Part shown: piece after piece, positions 14,662-22,812 of the stretch
Numbering within the stretch: position 1 is the stretch's first letter
Layout of the letters: every line of letters starts with the position of its first letter
IMG/VR virus record: IMGVR_UViG_3300044564_000013
Location: 1-40,279 of that record
Strand: one strand, 5' to 3'
DNA: 40,279 nucleotides
Source of the DNA: a virus
The notes under the pieces: generated by a model
What the model was told of the DNA's origin: nothing
Databases searched by the model: none
The model's input: only the letters and a program-made list of their open reading frames with translations
Made by a program: the position numbers and the translations under genes

Positions 14662-14954
14662 CCGAAAGGCGGGCCTCCCATTCGCGGACCACTGCGGCCA
14701 AAGGAAGTCCTTGCGTTCACTCGCGCCAAGTGGAGGGGACGAGGCAATGAGGCTTGGTGGCGTGGCCTCCCATTCGTCACAGATTCACACATCAAGCAGC
14801 TCGTTTCGTTCCTAGCCTATCCGAGACCGATTCTCAGGCGCGCAATCGCCAAAGTGGACTAGTTATCCACCAACCACGTTCGAGCGTCGGAAACAAGGAC
14901 CACAGCGTCACAGACGGGCGTTTCCGGTTGGTCTGGTGGGCGCGAATCTCGGCA

Positions 14955-14990
14955 CAAAAAAGCGCCCCGTGGCCGACTTGACCACGGGGC
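14955..14990 (-). terminator. Rho-independent terminator of the minus-strand operon
   Basis: gccccgtgg (14964-14972) pairs with ccacggggc (14982-14990). On the minus strand it is followed by TTTTTT (14956-14961). It lies 14 nt after the stop at 15004. Confidence 0.8.
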
Positions 14991-15003
14991 TGCTTGCGTT
15001 TCC

Positions 15004-15537
15004 CTACCTGTCACCGCCGAACGTGAGGAACAGCCCGCCGAACGGGCCGCGCCTCCTCGCCTGGCGCTCGTGCGGCTGCGCCGCCTGCTTGCTGGGCCTG
15101 ACGCCCCTCGCCTCGGCAAGCTCGCGGATGACCTCCTCGTGAATCTGCCTGCCGCGCTCCTCGTTTTTGGCTTTGGCGTCCGGTGACTCGAAGTGCACGT
15201 AGAGGTCCATCGCCCGGAACGCCTCGCGCCAACCCTCGTCATCACCGTGGAGCTGCCTCAGCCCGCGCACCCTGGCCAGCTGGCGCTCAAGCTCCGACTG
15301 GTCCTCCCATGGTTCCAGCGGGTAGTCGTGCTCCTCGACGGAGAGCACGTGCCATGACCCGTCATCGCGCTGCCCTATGTGGTAGAACACCGGGAACTCG
15401 TACGGGTCCGTGATGGCCAGAAGCTCGTGGCCGTCCGTGAATGCGTCCCACGTGGTGTCGCGGTTCCCGAAGAGCGGCATGCTGCCCTTCTTCGGCTTGG
15501 CCTGCTGGTAGCTCGCCCTCATGCTCCTGCTCGCCAT
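15004..15537 (-). CDS. Hypothetical protein; orphan operon gene 5
   Basis: GGAGG RBS before the ATG at 15537 (MASRSMRASYQQ...). Composition is phage-like. No motif recognised. Confidence 0.65.
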   Translation of the reverse strand: MASRSMRASYQQAKPKKGSMPLFGNRDTTWDAFTDGHELLAITDPYEFPVFYHIGQRDDGSWHVLSVEEHDYPLEPWEDQSELERQLARVRGLRQLHGDDEGWREAFRAMDLYVHFESPDAKAKNEERGRQIHEEVIRELAEARGVRPSKQAAQPHERQARRRGPFGGLFLTFGGDR

Positions 15538-15611
15538 GGTTGCCTCCGTTCCGTGTGGCCTGGGGCGGCAGAAGCCGTTGCCCAGGCCGTCGTTTGCCCA
15601 GATTGTACCCG

Positions 15612-15965
15612 CTACTCGCACCCGTGAGCGTACGCCTTGAGGATGGCCTGCATGACCGACTGCGGGTTGGCCTTGCAGGCCCATGCCTCCGCCTTGCACC
15701 ACGGCCAGTCGGCGCCGCGCGTCATCTCGCAGAGAAGGCGGTAGAGGCGCCTGCGGAAGGCCGGGTTGAGGTCCCCGCCCACCTGGTACATGGGCACCAT
15801 GTGGCCCTCCTGCACGTCCGAGTCACCCTCGATGAGGATGCACACGCCCTCGGCCATGCTGCCCTCGTAGTCTTCCAGCCAGTCGAGCATGGCGTCGAAG
15901 TCATCGCCGGTCGTGCGCTCCATCGCGTCGCAAATCTCGATTGCAAGCCCCTTGAAACCACTCAT
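15612..15965 (-). CDS. Acidic hypothetical protein; orphan operon gene 4
   Basis: GGAGG RBS before the ATG at 15965 (MSGFKGLAIEICDAMER...). The protein is rich in D/E. No motif recognised. Confidence 0.65.
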   Translation of the reverse strand: MSGFKGLAIEICDAMERTTGDDFDAMLDWLEDYEGSMAEGVCILIEGDSDVQEGHMVPMYQVGGDLNPAFRRRLYRLLCEMTRGADWPWCKAEAWACKANPQSVMQAILKAYAHGCE

Positions 15966-16002
15966 GATGAAACCTCCAAAATATCCGATAAACTGAAACT
16001 GC

Positions 16003-16083
16003 CTATGCAAGGTGACGCAGCGCCCACGCCAGGAGCGCAGCGCCCATGACCCAAAGCGGGAGAATCTCGGTAACGAAGTACAT
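16003..16083 (-). CDS. 26-aa hydrophobic micro-ORF; orphan operon gene 3, tentative
   Basis: MYFVTEILPLWVMGAALLAWALRHLA. Its ATG overlaps the upstream stop (TGATG), consistent with translational coupling. It is a single TM-length helix. Confidence 0.35.
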   Translation of the reverse strand: MYFVTEILPLWVMGAALLAWALRHLA

Positions 16084-16553
16084 CACGCGGCCCTCCTCGC
16101 CCTCGGCTGGCGGTCGAGCCTGAGCCACCCGGACATCGCGGCCTCGAAGGTGGACCCGCAGCCATCGAACCACGTGACATCCCCGGAGACGGCAACCGGC
16201 CTCCCGCCCTCGCAGGAGACGCGAACGACTGGCACGCCCTCCGCCGCGCTCTGCAGCGGGTAGGCGTCCCACACGGGGCCGTCTATGGGCAGCAGGCGGT
16301 TCTTCCAGCCGCTCTCGGTTGGCACGTTCGCCATGCGCCAGAAGCGCCCTCCCGCCCAGTAGGCCGTGCGGTAGAACGTCTGGTAGGCCCTGCCGCCCCT
16401 CGGACCCTCGCATGGCCTTCTCGCGCTCGCCCAGGTGTAGCGGGTCTCCAACGCGCGGCCCTGGGTGCCGTCCTGGAAAACCACCTTGCGGTAGCGGAAG
16501 TACTTCTTGCCGCCCTTAGCGGCAGGCTCGGTGAATGGCCTGATGGTGCACAT
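16083..16553 (-). CDS. Hypothetical protein rich in aromatic and basic residues; orphan operon gene 2
   Basis: An AGAGG RBS lies 6 nt before the ATG at 16553. The other two overlapping frames are Arg/Leu-rich junk. No motif recognised. Confidence 0.6.
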   Translation of the reverse strand: MCTIRPFTEPAAKGGKKYFRYRKVVFQDGTQGRALETRYTWASARRPCEGPRGGRAYQTFYRTAYWAGGRFWRMANVPTESGWKNRLLPIDGPVWDAYPLQSAAEGVPVVRVSCEGGRPVAVSGDVTWFDGCGSTFEAAMSGWLRLDRQPRARRAA

Positions 16554-16662
16554 GTCGTGCCTCTCTCTCGTACTTGCCTATACTTGGAACCACAGGCGGG
16601 GCGGAACTGGCCTCTTACTCCGTCCGTCCCGCCTGGGGGTCTTGCCTGGGTTGTCGCTAGAT

Positions 16663-17112
16663 TTAGGCGTTCGCCCAGAACGACTGGTACGTGCACCTGC
16701 TGAGTCCGTAGCGCTTCACGTACTTGTCGAGCCGCGCCTCGAACTTCCTCAGCTCAACCTCGCACGCCTCGCGCAGCGCCTCCCTGCCTTCATCCGTAAG
16801 CGGGGCCGCTCCTGCGAAGCTGGGGCCGTCGTACTTGCGCTCGACGTCTACGAAGTCCCTGCCGTCCACGGTGTACAGCTCGTAGCGGGAATCCTGCAGC
16901 ACGTCGAGCAGGCGCGCCGCCTTGCAGTTGCAGGGCTTCATGTTCTCTGCCTTGAAGTACTCCACCGACTTGCTGCACTCGTCCACGTGGTTCTGCACCG
17001 CGTGCCACTCCTCGGTGGTCCGTGCGTCCTCGGGGAAATAGAAATCCTTCTTGATGACTGGGGCCATGAATGCGATCTGCTGGCCGTCGATGGTGTAGGT
17101 AGTCTCCTTCAT
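16663..17112 (-). CDS. Hypothetical protein; orphan operon gene 1
   Basis: GAGAGGAGAG RBS before the ATG at 17112 (MKETTYTIDGQQIAF...). No motif recognised. Confidence 0.65.
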   Translation of the reverse strand: MKETTYTIDGQQIAFMAPVIKKDFYFPEDARTTEEWHAVQNHVDECSKSVEYFKAENMKPCNCKAARLLDVLQDSRYELYTVDGRDFVDVERKYDGPSFAGAAPLTDEGREALREACEVELRKFEARLDKYVKRYGLSRCTYQSFWANA

Positions 17113-17311
17113 GGTGCTCTCCTCTCGTTGCGTTCCTCGTAGGCTGATGCCTACCGATTGACGCGCTCTCTCAAGTGCGCCAGTCGGTGGGTATCCCTTG
17201 CCTTGCCTCTCCACGTCCGGGGTTCGTACCGGCCAGCCCTCATCTGGATTGCTTCTTTGGGCCTTCGTGGTGTCCTATGTAGTGCCCCCGGGACCTCGGG
17301 TGGTGCTTGGT

Positions 17312-17428
17312 GACACTTGTTTGTGTGTCGCTTGTTGGCATGTACTATGACACACGTTTGTGTGTATAGCTAGCGACTAAATCATCTTCACAATCTGTAC
17401 ACAATTGAGTGTCACACCTGAACGTGTG
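17312..17428. promoter_or_regulatory. Divergent control region with three ACAC-N4-8-GTGT palindromic operator-like sites
   Basis: Sites are gacacttgtttgtgtgtc (17312-17329), gacacacgtttgtgtgt (17349-17365) and cacacctgaacgtgtg (17413-17428). Sites 1 and 2 are 14/16 identical. Site 3 sits between a possible TTGAGT (17405) and TACACT (17430) promoter for the XRE gene. Confidence 0.6.
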
Positions 17429-17466
17429 TTACACTAAATACGCAGGTAGACGGCATAAAAGGAGGA

Positions 17467-17718
17467 ATGATGGATAGCAGGGAGGCACTGCGGCACATCG
17501 TGGACAAGAGCGGCAAGAGCCAGCGCCTTATATCTAAGGAGCTGGGACACAATGACCGATACATAGCCACGACCCTATCAGGTGGTAGGGCACCTGGCAC
17601 GGATGTACTAGCGACGATAGCCAAGGCATGCGGCTATGCCTTGCAGCTAGTGGGCCATGGCGAGACGATTACGCTTGACGGCACGCAGCGAGAGACCGAG
17701 GGCAAGCCCGAGGACTAA
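17467..17718 (+). CDS. XRE-family HTH regulator, divergent from the orphan operon
   Basis: AAAAGGAGG RBS. The HTH is GKSQRLISKELGHNDRYIATTLSGGRAP. 83 aa. Confidence 0.75.
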   Translation: MMDSREALRHIVDKSGKSQRLISKELGHNDRYIATTLSGGRAPGTDVLATIAKACGYALQLVGHGETITLDGTQRETEGKPED

Positions 17719-17744
17719 GCACACAAAGCATTACTAGCGACAAA

Positions 17745-17780
17745 GGCCGCGCTCTGCTCCTGGGACGCGGCCCTATTTGT
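17745..17780 (+). terminator. Intrinsic terminator after the XRE gene
   Basis: ggccgcg (17745-17751) pairs with cgcggcc (17766-17772), followed by ctatttgtg. Confidence 0.55.
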
Positions 17781-17790
17781 GCCTATCAAC

Positions 17791-17904
17791 ATAACAGCGT
17801 GATATAGTGCGGCCACACCCTGCACAACCTGCGATAACAGCGAAAACAGCGGAGCTATGCAACAGAGAGAACAGAACAGCGCTATCAACAAAACAGCAGG
17901 TAGA
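17791..17904. repeat. Cluster of five (A)AACAGCG direct repeats upstream of the packaging genes; candidate terS recognition (pac/cos-proximal) sites
   Basis: ataacagcg at 17791, ataacagcg at 17834, aaaacagcg at 17843, aacagcg at 17875 and aaaacagca at 17890. The region is non-coding and of lower GC. Confidence 0.6.
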
Positions 17905-18069
17905 TAGGGCAGTGGGGAGGGGGTTAAATCACGAAACACAAAACGGCCCTACCCAGCGGCCACCCTCATTTTTACACGCGACCGAAATTGGCGAACCGGG
18001 CGTAACAGATACCCGGTTACGGGGGACGCGGGCCTGAAAATCCCAAAAAAGGACGTGGAAGGTCAGAAA

Positions 18070-18438
18070 ATGCGTCAGTTCACCTGCAAATACTGCGGAA
18101 AGACGTTCTTCGCCAAGAACTCAACCGCAAAGTATTGCTCTGCCAAGTGCCGCGTGTACGCAAAGCGTGCCAGGGACGGGAGGCCGGACTGCGGGCGTCC
18201 AGCTGGCGTGCAACGCCCCGAGGATGGCGGATTTGGGGTCGCGGTTGCGGCCAACTACGCGGTGCAGGCCAACAGGAAGACGTTCTCGGAGGCTTCGATA
18301 GCAAGAGAGGTCGCGAGCGCGCATGGAATGGTGTCGTTCTTCGACGCCGCGTCGCAGAAAGGCCCGGAGGGCACGCGTGAGGCGTGCGGCCACATCGCGC
18401 GCGGGTTTCAGTCGACGCTTGAGGAGATTGGCCTATGA
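18070..18438 (+). CDS. Zinc-ribbon protein, hypothetical
   Basis: MRQFTCKYCGKTFFAKNSTAKYCSAKCR. The stop overlaps the terS ATG. Confidence 0.65.
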   Translation: MRQFTCKYCGKTFFAKNSTAKYCSAKCRVYAKRARDGRPDCGRPAGVQRPEDGGFGVAVAANYAVQANRKTFSEASIAREVASAHGMVSFFDAASQKGPEGTREACGHIARGFQSTLEEIGL

Positions 18439-18932
18439 GCAGGGGGAGGAAGCAGAACGCGCTCGCACAGCGCAGGGAGCGAGACCACGTCGACGTGACC
18501 GCCACGGTCCTCGAAGGCGCTGGGCACTTGGATAAGCCCGTCTCCGTTGCCTCCGTGCCGAGGCTCAGCCGCATATGGGACGAGACCCTAGGCACAGGCA
18601 TGGCGTTCAGGCCGGAGGACGCGCCGCTCTTGGAGCAGCTCGTGTTCGACCTCGCGCTCGCCGAGGAGTGCCGCGCCAACATGATTGACGAGGACGGCAA
18701 CCCCTCCCCGCTGCTCAAGGCGAAGGACGAGTGCGGCAACGTCCACATGGTGGACAACCCTTACTTCAAGAAGATGCGCGAGGTGTCCAACGACACGCTC
18801 AAGCTGGCAAACGACCTCGGCCTCACCCCCGTGGCGAGGGCGCGCCTCGGCCTCACCCAGGCGAGCGCCAACGCGGTGAACCTGTCAATCCAGGAGACCA
18901 TCCTGCGTGCGATGGAGAAGAACGGTGTATAG
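18435..18932 (+). CDS. terS: Terminase small subunit, P27 family
   Basis: LVFDLALAEECRANM...NPYFKKMREVSNDTLKLANDLGLTPVARARLGL fits the P27-family pattern. The gene is immediately upstream of terL. Confidence 0.75.
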   Translation: MSRGRKQNALAQRRERDHVDVTATVLEGAGHLDKPVSVASVPRLSRIWDETLGTGMAFRPEDAPLLEQLVFDLALAEECRANMIDEDGNPSPLLKAKDECGNVHMVDNPYFKKMREVSNDTLKLANDLGLTPVARARLGLTQASANAVNLSIQETILRAMEKNGV

Positions 18933-20400
18933 GACGCCGATACGCCGCTACTCCAAGTACGGCCTGCGCGAGGCGAGGGCGCGGCAGATATTCTGCGAGG
19001 CGTTCCTCACCCACGCTGGCAACGACGAGTACGCTGGCACGCCGATTCGCATAGACCCGTGGAAGAAGAGGAACATCTGGGACCCGCTGTTCGCCACGGG
19101 CACGTGGGACAGGCGGAGCGGCAGGTTCAAGAGGAAGTACCGCCGCGCCCTCATCGGCGTCCACCGCACCTATGGCAAGTCCGAGCTTGCGGCCTCGATA
19201 GTCCTCACCGAGGCAACAATGAACCCCGTGCCGAACGGCGAGTACGGCATCGTGGCCGACACGAAGGAGAACACCAAGAAGGTCCGTGACTACATCTCAA
19301 TCATGATTCGCAACAACCCGCAGCTCTCGCGTGCGTGGCGCGTGAACCGCGACTCGATAGTGAACAAGGACACGGGCCAGCAGATTTGGGTCTACCCGTA
19401 CAAGGAGGCCGCGCTGCAGGGCAAGCACTTCAACGTGCTGGTATGCGACGAGATTCACGTGTGGCGCGACGATGCAATCTGGAAGGCAGGCGTCTCTGGC
19501 CAGGGCAAGATTTGGAACGCCCTCACAATCGGAATCACCACCGCTGGCGCGTCGCGTGACGGGTTCCTGTTCAAGCTGTACAAGAAGCTCAAGAAGGACC
19601 CGCACGCGTTCGTGTGCTGGCTGGGAATCAACGACTCCCAGGACGTGGCCGACCGCAGCGCGTGGCGCGACATCGTCAAGGCTGGCCGCGTGACCATGGA
19701 CGAGCTTGAGGAGCAGTACGAGGCCCTCGGCTCAAAGTCGTTCGAGCGCTACTGGCTCAACAGGACCCCCATGGACGAGCAGGCGGAGCCGTTCATGCAC
19801 CGAGAGGACGTGGAGGCGTGCCAGAGGAAGTCCCTCACCATCGACCGCAGCAGGTGGTTCACGTTCGCGCTTGACGGTGCCGTGAGGGGAGACACGCTCG
19901 CCCTCGTGGCGGCGCAGCGCCAGGGCGATGAGTGGGCGCTTGAGGAGTGGTGCTGGGAGAAGCCCGGTCCCATGGGCACCTACGACCTCATGGAGGTCGC
20001 AGACGTGATACGGCAGCTCTCCGCATGCCCCGGAAACCCGTTCGGCGGATGCGACCCGGCCAGGATGCAGTTCCTAACCAACTGGCTCGACCGCGAGTGC
20101 GGCATCGACGTGTCCGACATCTCGCAGACGCCCGCTATCATGTGCCCTGCCTCCGAGCTGCTGGCGAGGAGCGTTGAGACACACGCCGCCGCCCTCTCTG
20201 GCACGCCAGTCCTCGCGCAGCACTGCATCAACGCCGTAGCTGCGGAGTCAAAGGCGTACGGCAGGCGCCTCGCGTCGGAGAAGGGGAGGCACGGACAGGG
20301 CACCAAGAGAATCGACGCCGCCGTTGCCGCCGCCATGGCGATGTGGGCCTACGACAACAACGAGGCTGACACGCCTAGCGTCTGGACAATCGACCTCTGA
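18907..20400 (+). CDS. terL: Terminase large subunit
   Basis: GTPIRIDPWKKRNIWDPLF. Walker-A-like GKSELAA. VLVCDEIHVW (Walker B). A C-terminal nuclease region is present. GTG start at 18907 or 18925. Confidence 0.9.
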   Translation: MRWRRTVYRTPIRRYSKYGLREARARQIFCEAFLTHAGNDEYAGTPIRIDPWKKRNIWDPLFATGTWDRRSGRFKRKYRRALIGVHRTYGKSELAASIVLTEATMNPVPNGEYGIVADTKENTKKVRDYISIMIRNNPQLSRAWRVNRDSIVNKDTGQQIWVYPYKEAALQGKHFNVLVCDEIHVWRDDAIWKAGVSGQGKIWNALTIGITTAGASRDGFLFKLYKKLKKDPHAFVCWLGINDSQDVADRSAWRDIVKAGRVTMDELEEQYEALGSKSFERYWLNRTPMDEQAEPFMHREDVEACQRKSLTIDRSRWFTFALDGAVRGDTLALVAAQRQGDEWALEEWCWEKPGPMGTYDLMEVADVIRQLSACPGNPFGGCDPARMQFLTNWLDRECGIDVSDISQTPAIMCPASELLARSVETHAAALSGTPVLAQHCINAVAAESKAYGRRLASEKGRHGQGTKRIDAAVAAAMAMWAYDNNEADTPSVWTIDL

Positions 20401-20547
20401 CGGGGGACCGCGAACGGATGATTCAGGCGGCTTGGTAACCCCTCCGCCAAGCCACGGGGCCTGCTCCCCCGCCGCTCGCCATGGGGTGGCGGGGGACACC
20501 GGCGTGACCATCCAATCGGTGGTTTCTCCGATTCGAGGAGTGTGCCG

Positions 20548-22098
20548 ATGGGGCGTTTCTCCAATTCCGTAGGGCGCGTGTTCGCCCGCATAGCAAACGT
20601 GCTCGTGCCCGGTTCATGGGACTTCTACATGATGACCAACCCAGACGGCACCACGGATACCGTGGAGCGCGAGCCAGCCGCGAACGCCTACTACTCGAAC
20701 GCGTTCAGGGCGTGCCTGCTCGCGAAGGCAAGGCCGCTTGCGTCCCTCCCGGTCCACGTCTACGAGCGCAAGGGCGGGCTTAGGGTAGAGACAACGCACA
20801 GGTTCTCAAAGAGGCTCGCGACCATCCTGCGCACGCGCTGGAACCCGTTCATGACAGCGTCCGAGGGCATCCGCTGGACGATGATGACCAAGGACGTTCG
20901 CGGCGAGGCGTTTCTCAGGGTCGAGTTCGACGATGACAGCATGCCGGTTGCCATCTGGCCGCTCGCAGGCAAGCCCACAGTTGAGGTGGCGAACGGAAAG
21001 GCCGTGTTCCGCTACCAGGGTGACAAGTTCACCAAGGCAGGCGTCTACCTGCAGGACGAGATTGTGTGGGTCAAGTCTCCCGTTCTCGACTCCGACTGCC
21101 TGCACGGGGTCTCGCTCGCGCTCCTGGCGGCTAACGAGCTTAACCTGTCAATCGACCTTGAGGACTTCTACCAGAACGTAATAAACGGTGACGCGACGTT
21201 CGCCGGGTGGCTTGAGACGGACCAGAAGCTGCAGCAGCAGGACGTTGACCAGGTCAAGCAGCAGCTGAGCGACGGCGGCGGTGTCGTGAACGCTGGCAAG
21301 GTGCGCGTCTTCGACAAGGGCCTCTCATACAAGACGAACGGCCAGTCCATGGTGGACATGAGCCTCGTAGAGCAGGAGCGCTGGATTCTGCAGCAGACGT
21401 GCCGCACGCTCTCCGTTCCCCCGCAGGAGGTGTTCGACCTCTCCAACGCGACCTACTCGAACATCGAGCAGGGCGCAATCAACTTCGCGAACAAGACTCT
21501 CGTGCCCGAGTGCAAGGCGCTTGAGGAGGCGTTCTCAAGCATCCTCTGGGCCGCTGGGCTTGGTAGCGACTACGTGCAGTTCGACATGAACGGCCTCCTG
21601 CGCGGCTCCTACAAGGAGCGCATGGACGGCTACCGCATCGCAATCTACGCGGGCATCTACTGCCCGAACGACGTGCTGGCAAAGGAGGACATGCCCCCGT
21701 ACGAGGGAGGCCAGTACCACCTCCGCTCCACCGCGTACCTCGCGATAGACCCCGAGACGGGGGAGGCCGTTGAGCATGAGTCAAAGGCGCAGCAGAGCGA
21801 CCCGCAGCAGCAGGGGAAGGCGGAGCACGCCGATGGCAACCCCGGAGGCTCAGGAGAGGGCGAGAGGGATGACGGGCACGGCGATGGCGCCGAGGACCCG
21901 GACGCCAGGGGAACCGCGCTCGCCGTAATTCACGCAGACATGGCCCAGAGAATCCGCGACCGCTACGAGAGCGCCGGTGACACCGAGCGCTTCCGCGAGT
22001 TCGCCAGGAAGGTGCTCACGCCGCTATCCGCAGCGTACGAGGTAGACGGCATCGAGTACGACATGGCATCCGACATCGAGGAGATTATAAATGGTTGA
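20548..22098 (+). CDS. Portal protein, HK97 family
   Basis: Supported by size, position, and motifs such as VRVFDKGLSYKTNGQSMVDMSLVEQERWILQQTCRTLSVPPQ and NIEQGAINFANKTLVP. A GAGGAG RBS lies 7 nt before the ATG at 20548. Confidence 0.9.
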   Translation: MGRFSNSVGRVFARIANVLVPGSWDFYMMTNPDGTTDTVEREPAANAYYSNAFRACLLAKARPLASLPVHVYERKGGLRVETTHRFSKRLATILRTRWNPFMTASEGIRWTMMTKDVRGEAFLRVEFDDDSMPVAIWPLAGKPTVEVANGKAVFRYQGDKFTKAGVYLQDEIVWVKSPVLDSDCLHGVSLALLAANELNLSIDLEDFYQNVINGDATFAGWLETDQKLQQQDVDQVKQQLSDGGGVVNAGKVRVFDKGLSYKTNGQSMVDMSLVEQERWILQQTCRTLSVPPQEVFDLSNATYSNIEQGAINFANKTLVPECKALEEAFSSILWAAGLGSDYVQFDMNGLLRGSYKERMDGYRIAIYAGIYCPNDVLAKEDMPPYEGGQYHLRSTAYLAIDPETGEAVEHESKAQQSDPQQQGKAEHADGNPGGSGEGERDDGHGDGAEDPDARGTALAVIHADMAQRIRDRYESAGDTERFREFARKVLTPLSAAYEVDGIEYDMASDIEEIING

Positions 22099-22801
22099 CA
22101 TCTACGTGTATGGTGACATCGGCGAGTCGCTCTGGGGAGACGATTCGAGCGTGAGCGCCGCAGGGTTCGCCAAGCAGCTCAGGGACGCGGATGGGGATGA
22201 CGTTACCATCCACGTCAACAGCGTCGGCGGGAACGTCTTCGACGCCAACACCATGAGCGAGCTTGTGCGTGCGTACAAGGGGAGGACCACCACATCAATC
22301 GAGGGCATCGCGGCCAGCGCGGCCAGCTTCTTCGCCCTCACCGCAGACAGCGTCGTGATGAACCCGTCCGCGCTGCTCATGATTCACAACCCGTACACCA
22401 GCTGCTACGGCAACGCGGACGAGATGCGCAAGACCGCAGACATGCTCGACAAGGTGCGCTCCACCATCTCGGGGCAGTACGTGCGCAAGACCGGCATGGA
22501 CGAGTCCGAGGTCGAGAAGATGATGGACGCCGAGACGTGGCTTGACGCCACCGAGGCGCTCGACCTCGGGTTCGTGGACTCGATATCCGACGCGGCACCA
22601 ATCGCCGCGCGCCTCACCAAGGAGGCGATTGACCGCTTCAAGTCCGCACCTGACTCGCTCAGGGCGCAGCTCCTGGGCGCGGGGGACACCGGCGAGAGCA
22701 TCGACCCAAGCGAACCCAAGGCCAAGGCGCAGGGCACCAAGGCCGGGGCGGAGGCCGCTCCGAGGGTCGTGTGCATCAACGGTACGTTCCTCAAACTCTA
22801 A
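22091..22801 (+). CDS. Prohead maturation protease, ClpP/S14 family
   Basis: IHVNSVGGNVFDANTM...GIAASAASFFALTADSVVMNPSALLMIHNP. Confidence 0.9.
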   Translation: MVDIYVYGDIGESLWGDDSSVSAAGFAKQLRDADGDDVTIHVNSVGGNVFDANTMSELVRAYKGRTTTSIEGIAASAASFFALTADSVVMNPSALLMIHNPYTSCYGNADEMRKTADMLDKVRSTISGQYVRKTGMDESEVEKMMDAETWLDATEALDLGFVDSISDAAPIAARLTKEAIDRFKSAPDSLRAQLLGAGDTGESIDPSEPKAKAQGTKAGAEAAPRVVCINGTFLKL

Positions 22802-22812
22802 GGAGAACGGCA

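Noticed and set aside
14587-14862. 91-aa ORF across the origin repeats
   Set aside because: Its repeated NVEN peptide simply mirrors the DNA repeats. It has a GTG start without an RBS. It uses low-GC third positions, unlike every confident gene here.
15441-17142. Plus-strand ORFs 15441-16049 and 16507-17142 opposite the orphan operon
   Set aside because: They are Leu/Val/Arg-rich antisense-type sequences without RBSs. The minus-strand genes each have a GGAGG-type RBS and sensible composition. The terminator orientation at 14955-14990 also supports minus-strand transcription.
17715-18037. ORFs 17715-17939 (-) and 17807-18037 (+) in the region upstream of the packaging genes
   Set aside because: They have no RBS and low-complexity products. 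The region is dominated by AACAGCG repeats and is better explained as a non-coding packaging or regulatory region.
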